Below, one piece after another: positions 23,752-33,489 of a DNA stretch of 64,000 bases. The notes under the pieces were generated by a model. That model did no database searches. It was given only the letters and a program-made list of their open reading frames with translations, and was not told the origin of the DNA. This stretch comes from Polaromonas sp. (GTDB lineage Bacteria > Pseudomonadota > Gammaproteobacteria > Burkholderiales > Burkholderiaceae_C): the NCBI GenBank assembly GCA_043769295.1, contig JAYVJL010000156.1, positions 1,913-65,912 on the forward strand. The letters are read 5' to 3'. A program made the translations under genes and the position numbers. How positions within the stretch are numbered: the stretch's first letter is position 1; each line of letters starts with the position of its first letter.

Positions 23752-25186
23752 ACTGTACCTCTTCGTTAACCTCTGAAGTTACTATATTTTTCATAGCAGC
23801 TTTGGCAGCATTCACGCCGGCTAGACGCCCAAATGCCGTCCCTATGGTCATTCCCACGCCGGCGGTGTACCCTTTGCCCAGCACGTTGCCTGCCATCATC
23901 TCGCCAGCTGCAAACAGGTTGGTCGATTCGACATCTGCGAACCTGACTGCCGTGCTTTCCCCCACTTTCATGCCCAGATAGGTGAAGGTGATGCCGGGTT
24001 TGAGGGTGTAGCCATAAAAAGGTGCGGTATCAATTGGGCGTGCCCAGTGGGTTTTGACAGGTTGAATGCCTTCGGTATGGCAATCATCCAGTACGGCGTG
24101 GTCAAAGGTCCCAACGCGGCAGGCAGCGTTGTAGTCGTTCATGGTTTGCATGAAAATAGCCACATTCAAGCCCAGTTTTTGTGCCAACTCAGGCAGAGAA
24201 TCGGCCTTTTCACCGGCAAACACCGGCGGCATGAAGCGCCCAACCGCCTTGGCATCGATCACCGAATAGGCGATTTGACCCGGCTGCTGGGCCACCAGTC
24301 GCCCCCAAATGGCGTAGCGTTTGGGCCAGAAATCCTCACCTTCATCGTAAAACCGCTGGGCGTTTTTATTGACCACCACGCCGAGAGAGACGCAATCGAC
24401 CCGGGTGCAAATGCCACCGTCGTACAGCGGTGCGCGCGCGTCGATGGCGACCATGTGGCTTTGGGTCGGGTCGCCGAGGGTGTCTGCGCCTTGGGCGATC
24501 AGGTCTTTGAGCAGCACACCCATGTTGAAGCGGGTGCCACGAATCGCAAAATTGTCGGCTGGCCACTCGCCGGCATCGTTTTGACCCCAGGCTTCGCGCA
24601 GCCATTCGCGGTTGGACTCAAAACCGCCACTGGCGACAACGCATGCTTTCGCAGTGATGCGTTCAACCCCTATACATGCGGCGACAAATTGACCGTCTTT
24701 GAGTTCCAAGCGATCCACCGGCGACTCGTAGCGAATCTGCACACCCAGCTTTTCAGCACTGCGGTAATACGCGTTCATCAGCGCCTTGCCGCCGCCCATG
24801 AAAAAAGCATTGGTACGGGATAAATGCAGCGTACCCGACAGCGACGGCTGAAAATGCACACCGTGCTTGCGCATCCAGTCGCGGCAGTGGCTGGATTCAC
24901 GAATCGCCAAACGCGCCATCGTCTCGTTGGTCTGGCCGCCGGTGACTTTAAGCAAATCCTGCCAAAATTCTTCTTCCGAATAAACGTCGGTCAGCACGTC
25001 TTGCGGCGCGTCGTGCATGCAGCGCAGGTTGCGGGTATGGGCTGAATTGCCGCCGCGCCAGAGTTTGGGCGCAGCCTCCAGCACCAACACGCTGGCACCC
25101 GCCTCCCGCGCCATCAAAGCCGCGCACAGCGCTGCGTTGCCACCACCTATGATTAAAACGTCTAACATGACGGTGACTTTAGCCAC
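23738..25186 (-). CDS. tcuA: FAD-dependent tricarballylate dehydrogenase TcuA-like flavoprotein
   Basis: [16 protein letters not shown] Rossmann motif; fumarate reductase/succinate dehydrogenase-like flavoprotein. Start is either the GTG at 25186 or the ATG at 25168. Confidence 0.85.
   Translation of the reverse strand: MAKVTVMLDVLIIGGGNAALCAALMAREAGASVLVLEAAPKLWRGGNSAHTRNLRCMHDAPQDVLTDVYSEEEFWQDLLKVTGGQTNETMARLAIRESSHCRDWMRKHGVHFQPSLSGTLHLSRTNAFFMGGGKALMNAYYRSAEKLGVQIRYESPVDRLELKDGQFVAACIGVERITAKACVVASGGFESNREWLREAWGQNDAGEWPADNFAIRGTRFNMGVLLKDLIAQGADTLGDPTQSHMVAIDARAPLYDGGICTRVDCVSLGVVVNKNAQRFYDEGEDFWPKRYAIWGRLVAQQPGQIAYSVIDAKAVGRFMPPVFAGEKADSLPELAQKLGLNVAIFMQTMNDYNAACRVGTFDHAVLDDCHTEGIQPVKTHWARPIDTAPFYGYTLKPGITFTYLGMKVGESTAVRFADVESTNLFAAGEMMAGNVLGKGYTAGVGMTIGTAFGRLAGVNAAKAAMKNIVTSEVNEEVQYAAT
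23779..23824 (+). repeat. Forward copy of the dispersed repeat inside the tcuA 3' coding end
   Basis: ttactatatttttcatagcagctttggcagcattcacgccggctag; read on the minus strand in frame as [15 protein letters not shown]. Confidence 0.6.
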
Positions 25187-25225
25187 AGCCGCCGCCTGGC
25201 GCTAGGTCAGCAAAGCGATAGGGGC

Positions 25226-25240
25226 ATCACGAATCGTGAT
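25226..25240. promoter_or_regulatory. Candidate LysR-type operator (T-N11-A palindrome) upstream of tcuA
   Basis: ATCACGAaTCGTGAT, a perfect 7-bp inverted repeat in the 69-bp gap between the LysR stop and the tcuA start. Confidence 0.45.
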
Positions 25241-25255
25241 GGCTAGCTTTTCCTG

Positions 25256-26179
25256 CTAGATCAACTTCACACCCAGCCATTGCTTAGCCGTGACCAATTC
25301 CCGTGCGCAATCGGCCAGCACCACGCGGGCGGCCAACGCTGCGGGAGACAGCTCATCGTCCGACAGGCTGCAGATGGCGTTGACGCGGCGCACTTGCGTA
25401 TCGGCAATCTCAGCCCAGGTGAAACGCTTGGCTGCGTCAGATAAACCCGCCAAAGCCGCCCAAGGTTGCACGGTGCTGCCCAAGCCGGCTTCGACAGCGG
25501 ACATCGTCATCGCCAACGAATCAATTTCAGCAGCCAGCTGGGGTTTGAATTTGGCTCTTAAAAAGGCGGCATCCAGCGCACTGCGCAAACCATGCGTACC
25601 CGTCGGGAGAATCAAAGGAACGTCTTTCAAATCCGCCATACGGGTGCTGGCGACCAATTTGACCCCGCCAGACCTCGCTTGAATCAAAAACAGCTTCTCC
25701 TCGACCAGCGGTAGCACGCTCCAGCGCCGCGCGGCTTGGGTGTCGAACAAAATCGTCAAATCCAGTTGGCGCGAATTGAGCATGGTGGTCAGGTGGCCGG
25801 ACATGCCCTCGACCATGTGCAAGCGCACATCGGGGTAGCGCTCGCGCATGGCGCGCATGAGGGGCAACCCCAGCACCGCCGCCGTGGTGGGTGCCAAACC
25901 GACGCTGACAGCACCCGTCAACCGCGACAATTGCGCAGCCCGCACCGCCTGATCGGCATGGCGCAGGGTGAGCTGCGCTTCGCGGAAAAACGCCATCCCC
26001 GCCTCTGTCGCCACCACGCCTTTGCTGGTGCGCTGCAGCAGGCGGGTGGACAACTCGCTCTCCAAACGGCTTATTTGCTGGCTCAGCGCCGATTGCACCA
26101 GTTCCAAATCAAGCGCGGCGCGGCTGATGCTGCCCAGTTCCAGCACCCGAACGAAGTAACGAAGTTGACGCAGTTCCAT
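25256..26179 (-). CDS. tcuR: LysR-family regulator, TcuR-like by context
   Basis: [40 protein letters not shown]; lies immediately upstream of tcuAB. The symbol rests on gene context only. Confidence 0.6.
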   Translation of the reverse strand: MELRQLRYFVRVLELGSISRAALDLELVQSALSQQISRLESELSTRLLQRTSKGVVATEAGMAFFREAQLTLRHADQAVRAAQLSRLTGAVSVGLAPTTAAVLGLPLMRAMRERYPDVRLHMVEGMSGHLTTMLNSRQLDLTILFDTQAARRWSVLPLVEEKLFLIQARSGGVKLVASTRMADLKDVPLILPTGTHGLRSALDAAFLRAKFKPQLAAEIDSLAMTMSAVEAGLGSTVQPWAALAGLSDAAKRFTWAEIADTQVRRVNAICSLSDDELSPAALAARVVLADCARELVTAKQWLGVKLI

Positions 26180-26197
26180 GCTGAGATAATCGCATAC

Positions 26198-27388
26198 ATG
26201 ACAGACAGTATTCCATTTTCAGCCATGTGTGCGCAAAAAGCAGGCGCGGGTCGCCGTGTGGTGGTCGGTTTAAGCGGTGGCGTGGACTCGGCCGTGACTG
26301 CTTATTTGCTGAAACAGCAGGGTTATAACGTGGTCGGTATCTTCATGAAAAACTGGGAAGATGACGACGATTCGGAGTTTTGCTCGTCCAATATCGACTT
26401 CATTGACGCTGCTGCTGTGGCGGATGTGATCGGCATCGAAATCGAACACGTCAACTTTGCCAGCGAGTACAAAGACCGCGTCTTTGCCGAATTTTTGCGC
26501 GAATACCAGGCGGGCCGCACCCCCAACCCCGATGTGTTGTGCAATGCCGAGATCAAGTTCAAGGCTTTTTTAGACCATGCCATGCGCTTGGGTGCCGAAA
26601 AAATCGCCACCGGCCACTATGCACGAGTACGCTTGAACGCGACTTCGCAGAAATACGAACTCCTCAAGGGTTTGGATGCGAGCAAAGACCAAAGTTACTT
26701 CTTACACCGCTTGAACCAGGCGCAGTTGTCCAAAACCCTGTTTCCGGTTGGCGAACTGCAAAAAACAGAAGTTCGACGCATTGCCGATGAGATTGGTCTG
26801 CCCAACGCCAAAAAGAAGGATTCGACCGGTATTTGCTTCATCGGCGAGCGACCGTTTCGTGACTTTTTGAACCGTTACATTGCCAAAGAACCTGGCCCCA
26901 TCAAAAACGCAGAAGGCCGCGTGCTGGGTACGCACCAAGGTTTGAGCTTTTACACGCTGGGGCAACGCCAGGGCTTGGGCATTGGCGGCGTGAAGGCCAA
27001 AGGCGCGGAACTCAAGGCCATCCAGGCCTTGGGGCAACGCGGCATGGGAGAGCACACGCCGTGGTTTGTGGCGCGCAAAGACATGGAGAAAAACACCCTC
27101 TGGGTGGTGCAGGGGCACGACCACCCGTGGCTGCAATACCACGCGTTGACGGCGGACAACCTGAGCTGGGTGGCGGGACGGCCACCAACGACAACATCGC
27201 TCAACTCAAAAACACGCTATCGACAGGCAGATGCGCCTTGCGAACTGGTCAGCTGCGATACTGGTGCGAACACGTTTGAATTGACTTTTTCGCAAGCGCA
27301 GTGGGCGGTGACACCGGGCCAATCGGCTGTGTTGTATGACGGCGAGGTGTGTTTGGGCGGCGGCATCATCAGCGCAGCAAACGCTTAA
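26198..27388 (+). CDS. mnmA: tRNA 2-thiouridine(34) synthase MnmA
   Basis: [47 protein letters not shown]. Start at the ATG at 26198; the upstream part of the track ORF (25736 onward) is antisense to tcuR. Confidence 0.95.
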   Translation: MTDSIPFSAMCAQKAGAGRRVVVGLSGGVDSAVTAYLLKQQGYNVVGIFMKNWEDDDDSEFCSSNIDFIDAAAVADVIGIEIEHVNFASEYKDRVFAEFLREYQAGRTPNPDVLCNAEIKFKAFLDHAMRLGAEKIATGHYARVRLNATSQKYELLKGLDASKDQSYFLHRLNQAQLSKTLFPVGELQKTEVRRIADEIGLPNAKKKDSTGICFIGERPFRDFLNRYIAKEPGPIKNAEGRVLGTHQGLSFYTLGQRQGLGIGGVKAKGAELKAIQALGQRGMGEHTPWFVARKDMEKNTLWVVQGHDHPWLQYHALTADNLSWVAGRPPTTTSLNSKTRYRQADAPCELVSCDTGANTFELTFSQAQWAVTPGQSAVLYDGEVCLGGGIISAANA

Positions 27389-27408
27389 AAACTGCGCTTC
27401 TGAGCCCT

Positions 27409-27870
27409 CTAAGGCTTGGGCGCTGGCGGCGCTGCGGGTGCGAACTCGTCAATATTGGCCATGCCGATTTTTTGTAGACCTGCGCGCTGCGCAGTAGCCA
27501 TCACACCCGCCACCACATCGTACTTCGCGGCGCGATTGGGCATGAAATGAATTTCAGCTTGTTTATCACCCAAGAGCGCCTCAACCTGCATTTTTGAGGC
27601 CAGCGTCGCAAAGTCTGGAATCACTTGATCGCCCCACTTTATTTGGTTCTTGGCGTCGACTTCGATCTTTATAACTCTGGGCGGCACAGGCGGCGCTTGC
27701 TCAGCGCCCACAGGCATTTCCACATTCACGGCGTGCATCTGCAGCGGGATGGTGATGATCAGCATCACCAGAAGTACCAGCATCACGTCGATCAGCGGCG
27801 TGGTGTTCATCTCGACCATCACGTCCGGGTCGCCATTGGCGCTGTCCGCTTGACTTAGGTTCATTGCCAT
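27409..27870 (-). CDS. exbD: ExbD/TolR-family biopolymer transport protein
   Basis: MVEMNTTPLIDVMLVLLVMLIIT, the signature ExbD N-terminus. Confidence 0.85.
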   Translation of the reverse strand: MAMNLSQADSANGDPDVMVEMNTTPLIDVMLVLLVMLIITIPLQMHAVNVEMPVGAEQAPPVPPRVIKIEVDAKNQIKWGDQVIPDFATLASKMQVEALLGDKQAEIHFMPNRAAKYDVVAGVMATAQRAGLQKIGMANIDEFAPAAPPAPKP

Positions 27871-27891
27871 GTTGATATCTCACTCATTTCG

Positions 27892-28320
27892 CTAATTTCT
27901 CGCTGGCGGCTGCGTGATGAAACCAATGCGTGTGACGCCCGCTTGCTGCAGCGCATAGACCGTTTGGCCAATGGTTTCGTAACTGGCACTGGCGTCGCCA
28001 CGGATATGCACCTCTGGCTTGACCGACAGCGCCTGGATGGTGCGCAGGCGATTTTGCAGGTCCGCTTGCCCAGCCAGTTTCTCGTTTTTCCAAAAGCTGG
28101 CACCGGTCGCGTCGACAGAAATGACAATCGTCTCCAGCTTCGGTTCGCTCTTGACCAGTGTTTCTTTGGGCAGTTTGATCGCGATGGAAGTGGTGACTGC
28201 TGGAATCGTGATCAAAAAGATAATCAACAACACCAGCATCACATCCACCAGCGGCGTGGTGTTGATGTCCGCCATCAGCGCATCTTCTGAGCTGCGGCTT
28301 TTGTTGAAATTGATGGCCAT
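27892..28320 (-). CDS. exbD: ExbD/TolR-family biopolymer transport protein (second paralogue)
   Basis: MADINTTPLVDVMLVLLIIFLIT. Confidence 0.85.
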   Translation of the reverse strand: MAINFNKSRSSEDALMADINTTPLVDVMLVLLIIFLITIPAVTTSIAIKLPKETLVKSEPKLETIVISVDATGASFWKNEKLAGQADLQNRLRTIQALSVKPEVHIRGDASASYETIGQTVYALQQAGVTRIGFITQPPARN

Positions 28321-28349
28321 GGTCTGTGTCTACCTACATCGCTCTCAAT

Positions 28350-29324
28350 TTAGCCAGCGGCACGTTTTTTTGCGGCCTCGGCATCAGCCAGAGCGTCGCG
28401 GTCAGCCTGAATCAACAAGCTGGTGTGCAAATCTGAGCCAAAGGCGCGCACGGCGTCCATGCCCAGCTTGTTGCGGCGCACCAGCCAGTTGTAGCCCAAC
28501 ACCGCAGGCACGGCGACGGCCAAGCCGATGGCGGTCATGATCAGCGCTTCGCCCACCGGTCCGGCCACCTTGTCGATGGACGCCTGCCCCGAAGCACCGA
28601 TTTTCACCAAGGCGTTGTAAATTCCCCAGACCGTACCAAACAGCCCCACAAACGGGGCGGTGGAGCCGACCGTGGCCAACACGGCCAAACCTTGCTGCGT
28701 ATTGCTTTGCACCGTGGCGACCGAGCGCTCGATGCTTTGTGCGGCCCAGGTGTTCAAATCAACCTGCCGCGCTACGCTGCCGTGCTGTTTGACGGCATCC
28801 AGCGATGCCTCGGCAATAAAGCGAAACGGGCTGCCCGCCAGCATGGCTTTGGTGCCGGTTTGCAGTGATTTGGTTTTTGCAAAAGCCTGTTCCGCATCGG
28901 TGGCCATGTCTTTCATGCGTTTTTGTGCGATGAGCTTGCTGATCAGCACATACCAGCTGGCCAAAGACATGATGACCAGCAGCAGCACGGTGATTTTGGC
29001 GACCCAATCACCCTGGCTCCACATGGCACCCAGGCCGTAGGGGTTGTCAGCCACAGCGGTGTCAGACTTGACCTCCGTCATGGCTGGCAGATTGGTCAAG
29101 GCTGGTGCGGTGTTCAGCGCCATGCTGGACGACGCTGCTGCGGCTTGGGCTGTCGCTTGAGCCGGGGCGGCAGCGGTCTGGGCGTGCGCGGCGGTGAAGC
29201 AGGCCAGCGTCAAACCCATCGCCAGCAGCACGGTGCAACACAGGCGTGAACGCCAAGTCGAAGAAGAAAGCCGTGCACTACGGGTCACCATGGTGTTGCT
29301 TTTGAAGATGGATGGATGAGACAT
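28350..29324 (-). CDS. exbB: MotA/TolQ/ExbB proton-channel protein with long N-terminal signal and Ala-rich extension
   Basis: C-terminal core LATVGSTAPFVGLFGTVWGIYNAL..AGPVGEALIMTAIGLAVAVPAVLGYN. Confidence 0.85.
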   Translation of the reverse strand: MSHPSIFKSNTMVTRSARLSSSTWRSRLCCTVLLAMGLTLACFTAAHAQTAAAPAQATAQAAAASSSMALNTAPALTNLPAMTEVKSDTAVADNPYGLGAMWSQGDWVAKITVLLLVIMSLASWYVLISKLIAQKRMKDMATDAEQAFAKTKSLQTGTKAMLAGSPFRFIAEASLDAVKQHGSVARQVDLNTWAAQSIERSVATVQSNTQQGLAVLATVGSTAPFVGLFGTVWGIYNALVKIGASGQASIDKVAGPVGEALIMTAIGLAVAVPAVLGYNWLVRRNKLGMDAVRAFGSDLHTSLLIQADRDALADAEAAKKRAAG

Positions 29325-29375
29325 GGATAGGTTCCTGCGTTCTAAGTCAAATAGAGGTTCAATAGAGATTCACTT

Positions 29376-30449
29376 TTAAGGGCAATCGCCATTCAAAGCG
29401 CGGTTCATCAATTGTGGCAAGGCCAGTAAACCGGCATTGGTTTCCTTGCCATCAGCATTTTTACCCGGGCGCAAACAGTCGGTTTTAGCTGCCCGACCCA
29501 TGCCCGCCTCAAACTGATCGGGGCGGGCACTGGGATTCAACTGCGTATTGGCTCTTTTAGCCAAATCGCCCGGGCAGAAGCCACCACGGCATCCGGTTGA
29601 CGAGTAGCCCGAGCCTGATCCCGCATTGGGCGACCCCGCCGCCCCACCGAGGGCAGACCCGTTTGGCCCCGAATTCACCAACGCACTGCCCAAAGAAGGC
29701 GTGCCCGCGCCGGCTGCGCTGGGGCCAGAAACCGATCCTGGGACCGCAGAAATCGCTCTGGGCGCTGAAGCAGCCGAGGCAGAGGCAGCAGGCGCAGCAG
29801 ACACGCTGGGGGCAAGACCTGCGGGGGCAACCGGTGCTGTGGCGGCTGCAGCAGCTACCGGGGCCGGTGGTGCAGCCGCAGCCGGTGCGGGCACGGGCGA
29901 GGGGGCCGGTACAGGCGCTGGCTGTGGCACGGGCACCTCGGCCACGACTTCAGCTTTTGGCTTGGGCAGCTCATTTACCACCTCTTTGGGAATTTCCTTG
30001 GGGACTTCTTTCACCACATCTTTCACGACCTCTTTCGGCAGTTCATTTTGAACCTGCACCTCAGGGGCCTTGACTTCAGCGACTTTTTCTACCGGCGCAG
30101 GCGGGCTGGGCTGCTCGGCCTTGGGTTGACGTGTCGGTTTAGGCTCGACGACTTCAGGCGGCGTGGTGATGGTGTTTTTCACCACTGGCGGTGGTTTGAC
30201 AGGCAGCTCGCGTACCACGGGCGGCGGCGTGAGGGTGATTTTCGGCGTGGGCAGGGGTTTGGGCGGTGGCAGGGTGATGGGCAAGGTCAATTGCACCACC
30301 ACTTCACGCAATTCATCGACCTTGCGCTGCACCGGTGGCGACTGCAACAAAAGCCAAAACAGCGCGATATGCACCACAGATACCGCCAGTAAAGCCGGTC
30401 TGGACAGACGCTGGCTTGGCAGTTGGTGGGCGGCTTGTTGAAATTGCAT
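29376..30449 (-). CDS. TonB-like membrane-anchored Pro/Ala-rich protein with non-canonical Cys-containing C-terminal domain
   Basis: N-terminal anchor with His (LLAVSVVHIALFWLLL), a long P/K/E/V then A/P/S spacer, and position directly upstream of exbB-exbD-exbD. The last ~80 aa lack the TonB C-terminal pattern I know. Start is the ATG at 30449 or the TTG at 30470; neither has a clear SD. Confidence 0.55.
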   Translation of the reverse strand: MQFQQAAHQLPSQRLSRPALLAVSVVHIALFWLLLQSPPVQRKVDELREVVVQLTLPITLPPPKPLPTPKITLTPPPVVRELPVKPPPVVKNTITTPPEVVEPKPTRQPKAEQPSPPAPVEKVAEVKAPEVQVQNELPKEVVKDVVKEVPKEIPKEVVNELPKPKAEVVAEVPVPQPAPVPAPSPVPAPAAAAPPAPVAAAAATAPVAPAGLAPSVSAAPAASASAASAPRAISAVPGSVSGPSAAGAGTPSLGSALVNSGPNGSALGGAAGSPNAGSGSGYSSTGCRGGFCPGDLAKRANTQLNPSARPDQFEAGMGRAAKTDCLRPGKNADGKETNAGLLALPQLMNRALNGDCP

Positions 30450-30551
30450 GGACTGGCAATAATCGCACAAAACACTGGCTGTTTTTGCCCGGCTACGGGT
30501 GATAACCCGTTGAAATGTATCTTTTTACCCTCTTTTTATGCCGATATATGA

Positions 30552-30597
30552 ATATAGCCGGCGTATTCATTACCTATAATGCTATATTATTTATAGC
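30552..30597 (-). repeat. Dispersed ~45-bp AT-rich repeat, reverse copy
   Basis: atatagccggcgtattcattacctataatgctatattatttatagc (plus strand). Confidence 0.7.
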
Positions 30598-30666
30598 AAT
30601 TGATTTCTCTGCGATTTCAGGTATTTATTTACCTTGCGCCAGCACATTCGCTAATGAGCCAGCCGT

Positions 30667-31959
30667 CTAGACTGGCTTGGCCAGCGGCTTTTGCTGCCAA
30701 GCCAGCGCCGCGCCCAGCCACAGCACGAGCGCCGAAATCAGCAAGCCCCGCGCCAGCCCACCCGTGCCGTCGGCAATCCAGCCGACCATGGTGGGGCCGA
30801 CAATTTGCCCGGCTGCAAACACAATCGTGAAGGCGCTGATACCTGCTCCCCACGCACTGACCGGCAGGTTGTGCCGCACCAATGCCGTCGTGGAGGCCAC
30901 CACAGACAAGAACACCCCGCCAAAGAGCAGGCCGGACGCCATCAGCGCCGGTTGCCAGCTTGTCAGCGCCGGGACCACAATCGCACTGCCCAGCAGCATG
31001 TTGAGCAGCGCCAGGGCTTGGCCCCCCTGGTAGCGGTCCAGCAATTTGGCCCAAATGCGGGATGAAGCCATCACCGCCAGTCCCAGTAGTGTGTAAAAAA
31101 CCGTGATCATGGTGGTGCTGGCGGCCTGCTCCCGCAACAATGCAATCACAAAGGTCATGTAGCCGATGTAGCCCATGCCAAAACAGCCATAGCCGAGCAA
31201 GGCAAAGGTAAACGAACGCCAGCGAAAAGTTGTCTGAAGCGGCTCTTTGACACTTGTTGTTACCGACGCAGACGATACTGCAGGTGATGCCGCAGGCGTG
31301 GTTGCCGGCCCCGCCGCCAGCGCCTGCATCGCGCGGGCTTGCGTCATCAACATCAGCGTGCCCACGGCACAAGCCACCGCCAAAGCCCACCACGCCCAGA
31401 CCCAAGGGTGCGCGGCCGCAGGCAGGTTGACGGTCACAACATGCGCCACGCCGGGCACGAGCAAGGCGGAAATGACAATCCCCAGCCCCGTACCCCCGTA
31501 ATACACACCCAAAAGCAGTCCACTGTGATCAGGCTCCCGCACACCCAGCTGTGCCGCGAGCAGGCCACCGGCGACAAACACCCAGGCACTGGCCACACCG
31601 GCCAGCAGCCGCTGCAGCAGCAAAGGAGTCGCCGTGGTGAAGAATCCCGTCAGCATCATGAAAACACTGGCCAGCACCGCACCCACCACCAGCATCTGCG
31701 CCGCGCCATGGCGTTTGAGCAGGCGTGGCATGGACAACGCGCCCAGCAAATAGCCTAAAGCATTGATGGTATTCATTGCCCCTGCCAAGGTGTAAGACCA
31801 GCCCAGGTCTGCCCGCATGGGCGGTAGCAGTAAACCGTAGGAAAAGCGCGTCACACCCAGTGAAATCGCCGCCCCCAGGGACAGGACAAGGGCTAAAGTT
31901 ACACTATGTCGCAAGTTTGATGCTGCGCTGGCTGACCGCATGTTTGGGTTGGATGGCAT
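30667..31959 (-). CDS. MFS transporter (YbfB/YjiJ-like)
   Basis: About 12 predicted hydrophobic segments; N-terminus ...LALVLSLGAAISLGVTRFSYGLLLPPMRADLGWSY resembles the YbfB/YjiJ subgroup. Confidence 0.75.
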   Translation of the reverse strand: MPSNPNMRSASAASNLRHSVTLALVLSLGAAISLGVTRFSYGLLLPPMRADLGWSYTLAGAMNTINALGYLLGALSMPRLLKRHGAAQMLVVGAVLASVFMMLTGFFTTATPLLLQRLLAGVASAWVFVAGGLLAAQLGVREPDHSGLLLGVYYGGTGLGIVISALLVPGVAHVVTVNLPAAAHPWVWAWWALAVACAVGTLMLMTQARAMQALAAGPATTPAASPAVSSASVTTSVKEPLQTTFRWRSFTFALLGYGCFGMGYIGYMTFVIALLREQAASTTMITVFYTLLGLAVMASSRIWAKLLDRYQGGQALALLNMLLGSAIVVPALTSWQPALMASGLLFGGVFLSVVASTTALVRHNLPVSAWGAGISAFTIVFAAGQIVGPTMVGWIADGTGGLARGLLISALVLWLGAALAWQQKPLAKPV

Positions 31960-32028
31960 ATGGTCAAATTATGTTGCAATTTACTTGATTCAACTTTCGT
32001 CAACTTCATTTAACTTTATCCAGCCATC

Positions 32029-32691
32029 ATGATCTCATTCAACCTGCACACCCTGCGCCCATCTTTTGCCATTGGCTTTGCTTGCACGCTTTTGTCTACC
32101 GCTGCTTGGGCTGGACGGCCACTGTCGGTGGACGACGCCGATGTCAATGAAGTCGGCCACGGCCATGTGGAGATGTGGTTTGAGCGTACGCTGGGACCCA
32201 GCCGCAGCCTGATTGTGGCACCCGCCTACTCTCCTATTGAAGGCATTGAAATCGCCGCTGCTGTTGCGCGCGACACCACGGCATCCAGCACCAGCATGGC
32301 TGTTCAAGCCAAATGGCGCATCACGCCGGTGCAAGAAAATGGCTGCAACTTTGGCGCATCAGCCAGCTTGGCAAAAACACGGGGTGAATCGGGCAACACC
32401 ACCGCCGTTACGGGCTTGATGACCTGCAACGTACCCATAGGTGCGGTGAATGTCAATGTGGGTGCATTGCGCGCAGCGGGTGTGTCCACCGTGGCAACCT
32501 GGGGTCTGTCGCTGTCTCGTGCATTTGGCGATATCACGGGGCATGTTGAAGCGTTTGGTCAACAACAGGGAAAAACCACATTGCAGGTGGGCGCACGCTA
32601 TGACATCGCCAAAAATATACAGCTCGACGGCACGGTGGGTCGCGGTGATGGTCAAACCCTATACAGCGCAGGCATGAAGGTCGGTTTTTGA
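32029..32691 (+). CDS. Small outer-membrane beta-barrel protein (uncharacterised)
   Basis: Signal peptide ending AAWA, alternating amphipathic strands, C-terminal ...YSAGMKVGF with terminal Phe. Confidence 0.55.
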   Translation: MISFNLHTLRPSFAIGFACTLLSTAAWAGRPLSVDDADVNEVGHGHVEMWFERTLGPSRSLIVAPAYSPIEGIEIAAAVARDTTASSTSMAVQAKWRITPVQENGCNFGASASLAKTRGESGNTTAVTGLMTCNVPIGAVNVNVGALRAAGVSTVATWGLSLSRAFGDITGHVEAFGQQQGKTTLQVGARYDIAKNIQLDGTVGRGDGQTLYSAGMKVGF

Positions 32692-32841
32692 CCGTTTTTG
32701 CCTGATCTACATCAAGCCTCAACACCAACTTTACAAAGCATTACGCAGCCGTCACAGCGCCTTTGCACGGGGTGGTCAAACTGGCCTTCATTCCAGCGCC
32801 GATCTAGACACTGGAAATGTTCAACTCCACAAGGATTTAAG

Positions 32842-33432
32842 ATGAAATTGTCGAATAAACGATTGCTTATCGCTGGCTTGATGGCCACCATTGGTTTTAC
32901 CGCTGTGGCACAAAATGCAACTTCTGGTACACCTCCAGCTGGCCATGGTGGTATGCAGGGTATGCAGCACGGTGACTCTTCAAAAATGCAGGAACGCATG
33001 CAAACCCACCGGCAAGAGCGTGCCACCCAGCGCTTGGCGGCACTGAAAGCCAAACTCAAAATCACCACAGCCCAGGAAGGCGCGTGGACCACCTTCAGCA
33101 CAGCCATGAAGCCACCATCAAATGCAGCTGGCGGGATGATGGGCATGCGCCATGATCCAAAATTAAAAGCTGAAATGGACAAGCTCACCACGCCTGAGCG
33201 CATTGACAAAATGCGTGCTCTGCGCCAGCAACGCATGACCGCCATGAACGCAGAAATGGACAAACGCGCCGATGCCACCAAAGCCTTTTATGGCACACTG
33301 TCATCGGAGCAAAAAGCCGTTTTTGACGCGGTGGCCATGCAAGGCGGTCATGGCCGTTACGGTGGCAAAGGTGAGCATGGCGGTATGGGCGGTGAACAAC
33401 AGGGTCACGGCCGCATGGGCCAGCCAGGCTAA
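32842..33432 (+). CDS. Spy/CpxP-family periplasmic protein (LTXXQ motifs) with Met/His/Gly-rich segments
   Basis: Start at the ATG at 32842 (AAGGA upstream); signal peptide MKLSNKRLLIAGLMATIGFTAVA; LTXXQ-like KITTAQEGAW and LSSEQKAVF; HGGMQGMQHG and GEHGGMGGEQQGHGRMG tracts. Confidence 0.65.
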   Translation: MKLSNKRLLIAGLMATIGFTAVAQNATSGTPPAGHGGMQGMQHGDSSKMQERMQTHRQERATQRLAALKAKLKITTAQEGAWTTFSTAMKPPSNAAGGMMGMRHDPKLKAEMDKLTTPERIDKMRALRQQRMTAMNAEMDKRADATKAFYGTLSSEQKAVFDAVAMQGGHGRYGGKGEHGGMGGEQQGHGRMGQPG

Positions 33433-33459
33433 TCCAGACAAGTCTGGATAAACGCAAGG

Positions 33460-33489
33460 GCGCTGCAATTGCTTGCAGCGCTTTTTTTT
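33460..33489 (+). terminator. Rho-independent terminator between convergent genes
   Basis: gcgctgcaa-ttgc-ttgcagcgc, a perfect 9-bp stem followed by T8. Confidence 0.7.

Noticed and set aside
25736-26197. N-terminal 154-aa extension of the mnmA ORF
   Set aside because: It is antisense to the LysR (tcuR-like) gene and Arg/His/Gln-rich. MnmA homology begins at MTDSIPF.. (ATG at 26198).
29597-31405. Ala/Gly/Pro-rich alternative-frame ORFs across the tonB-like and MFS genes (29597..30073, 29626..30051, 30629..31405 and others)
   Set aside because: They are by-products of the GC-rich, repetitive Pro/Ala coding sequence, with no independent start signals or motifs.
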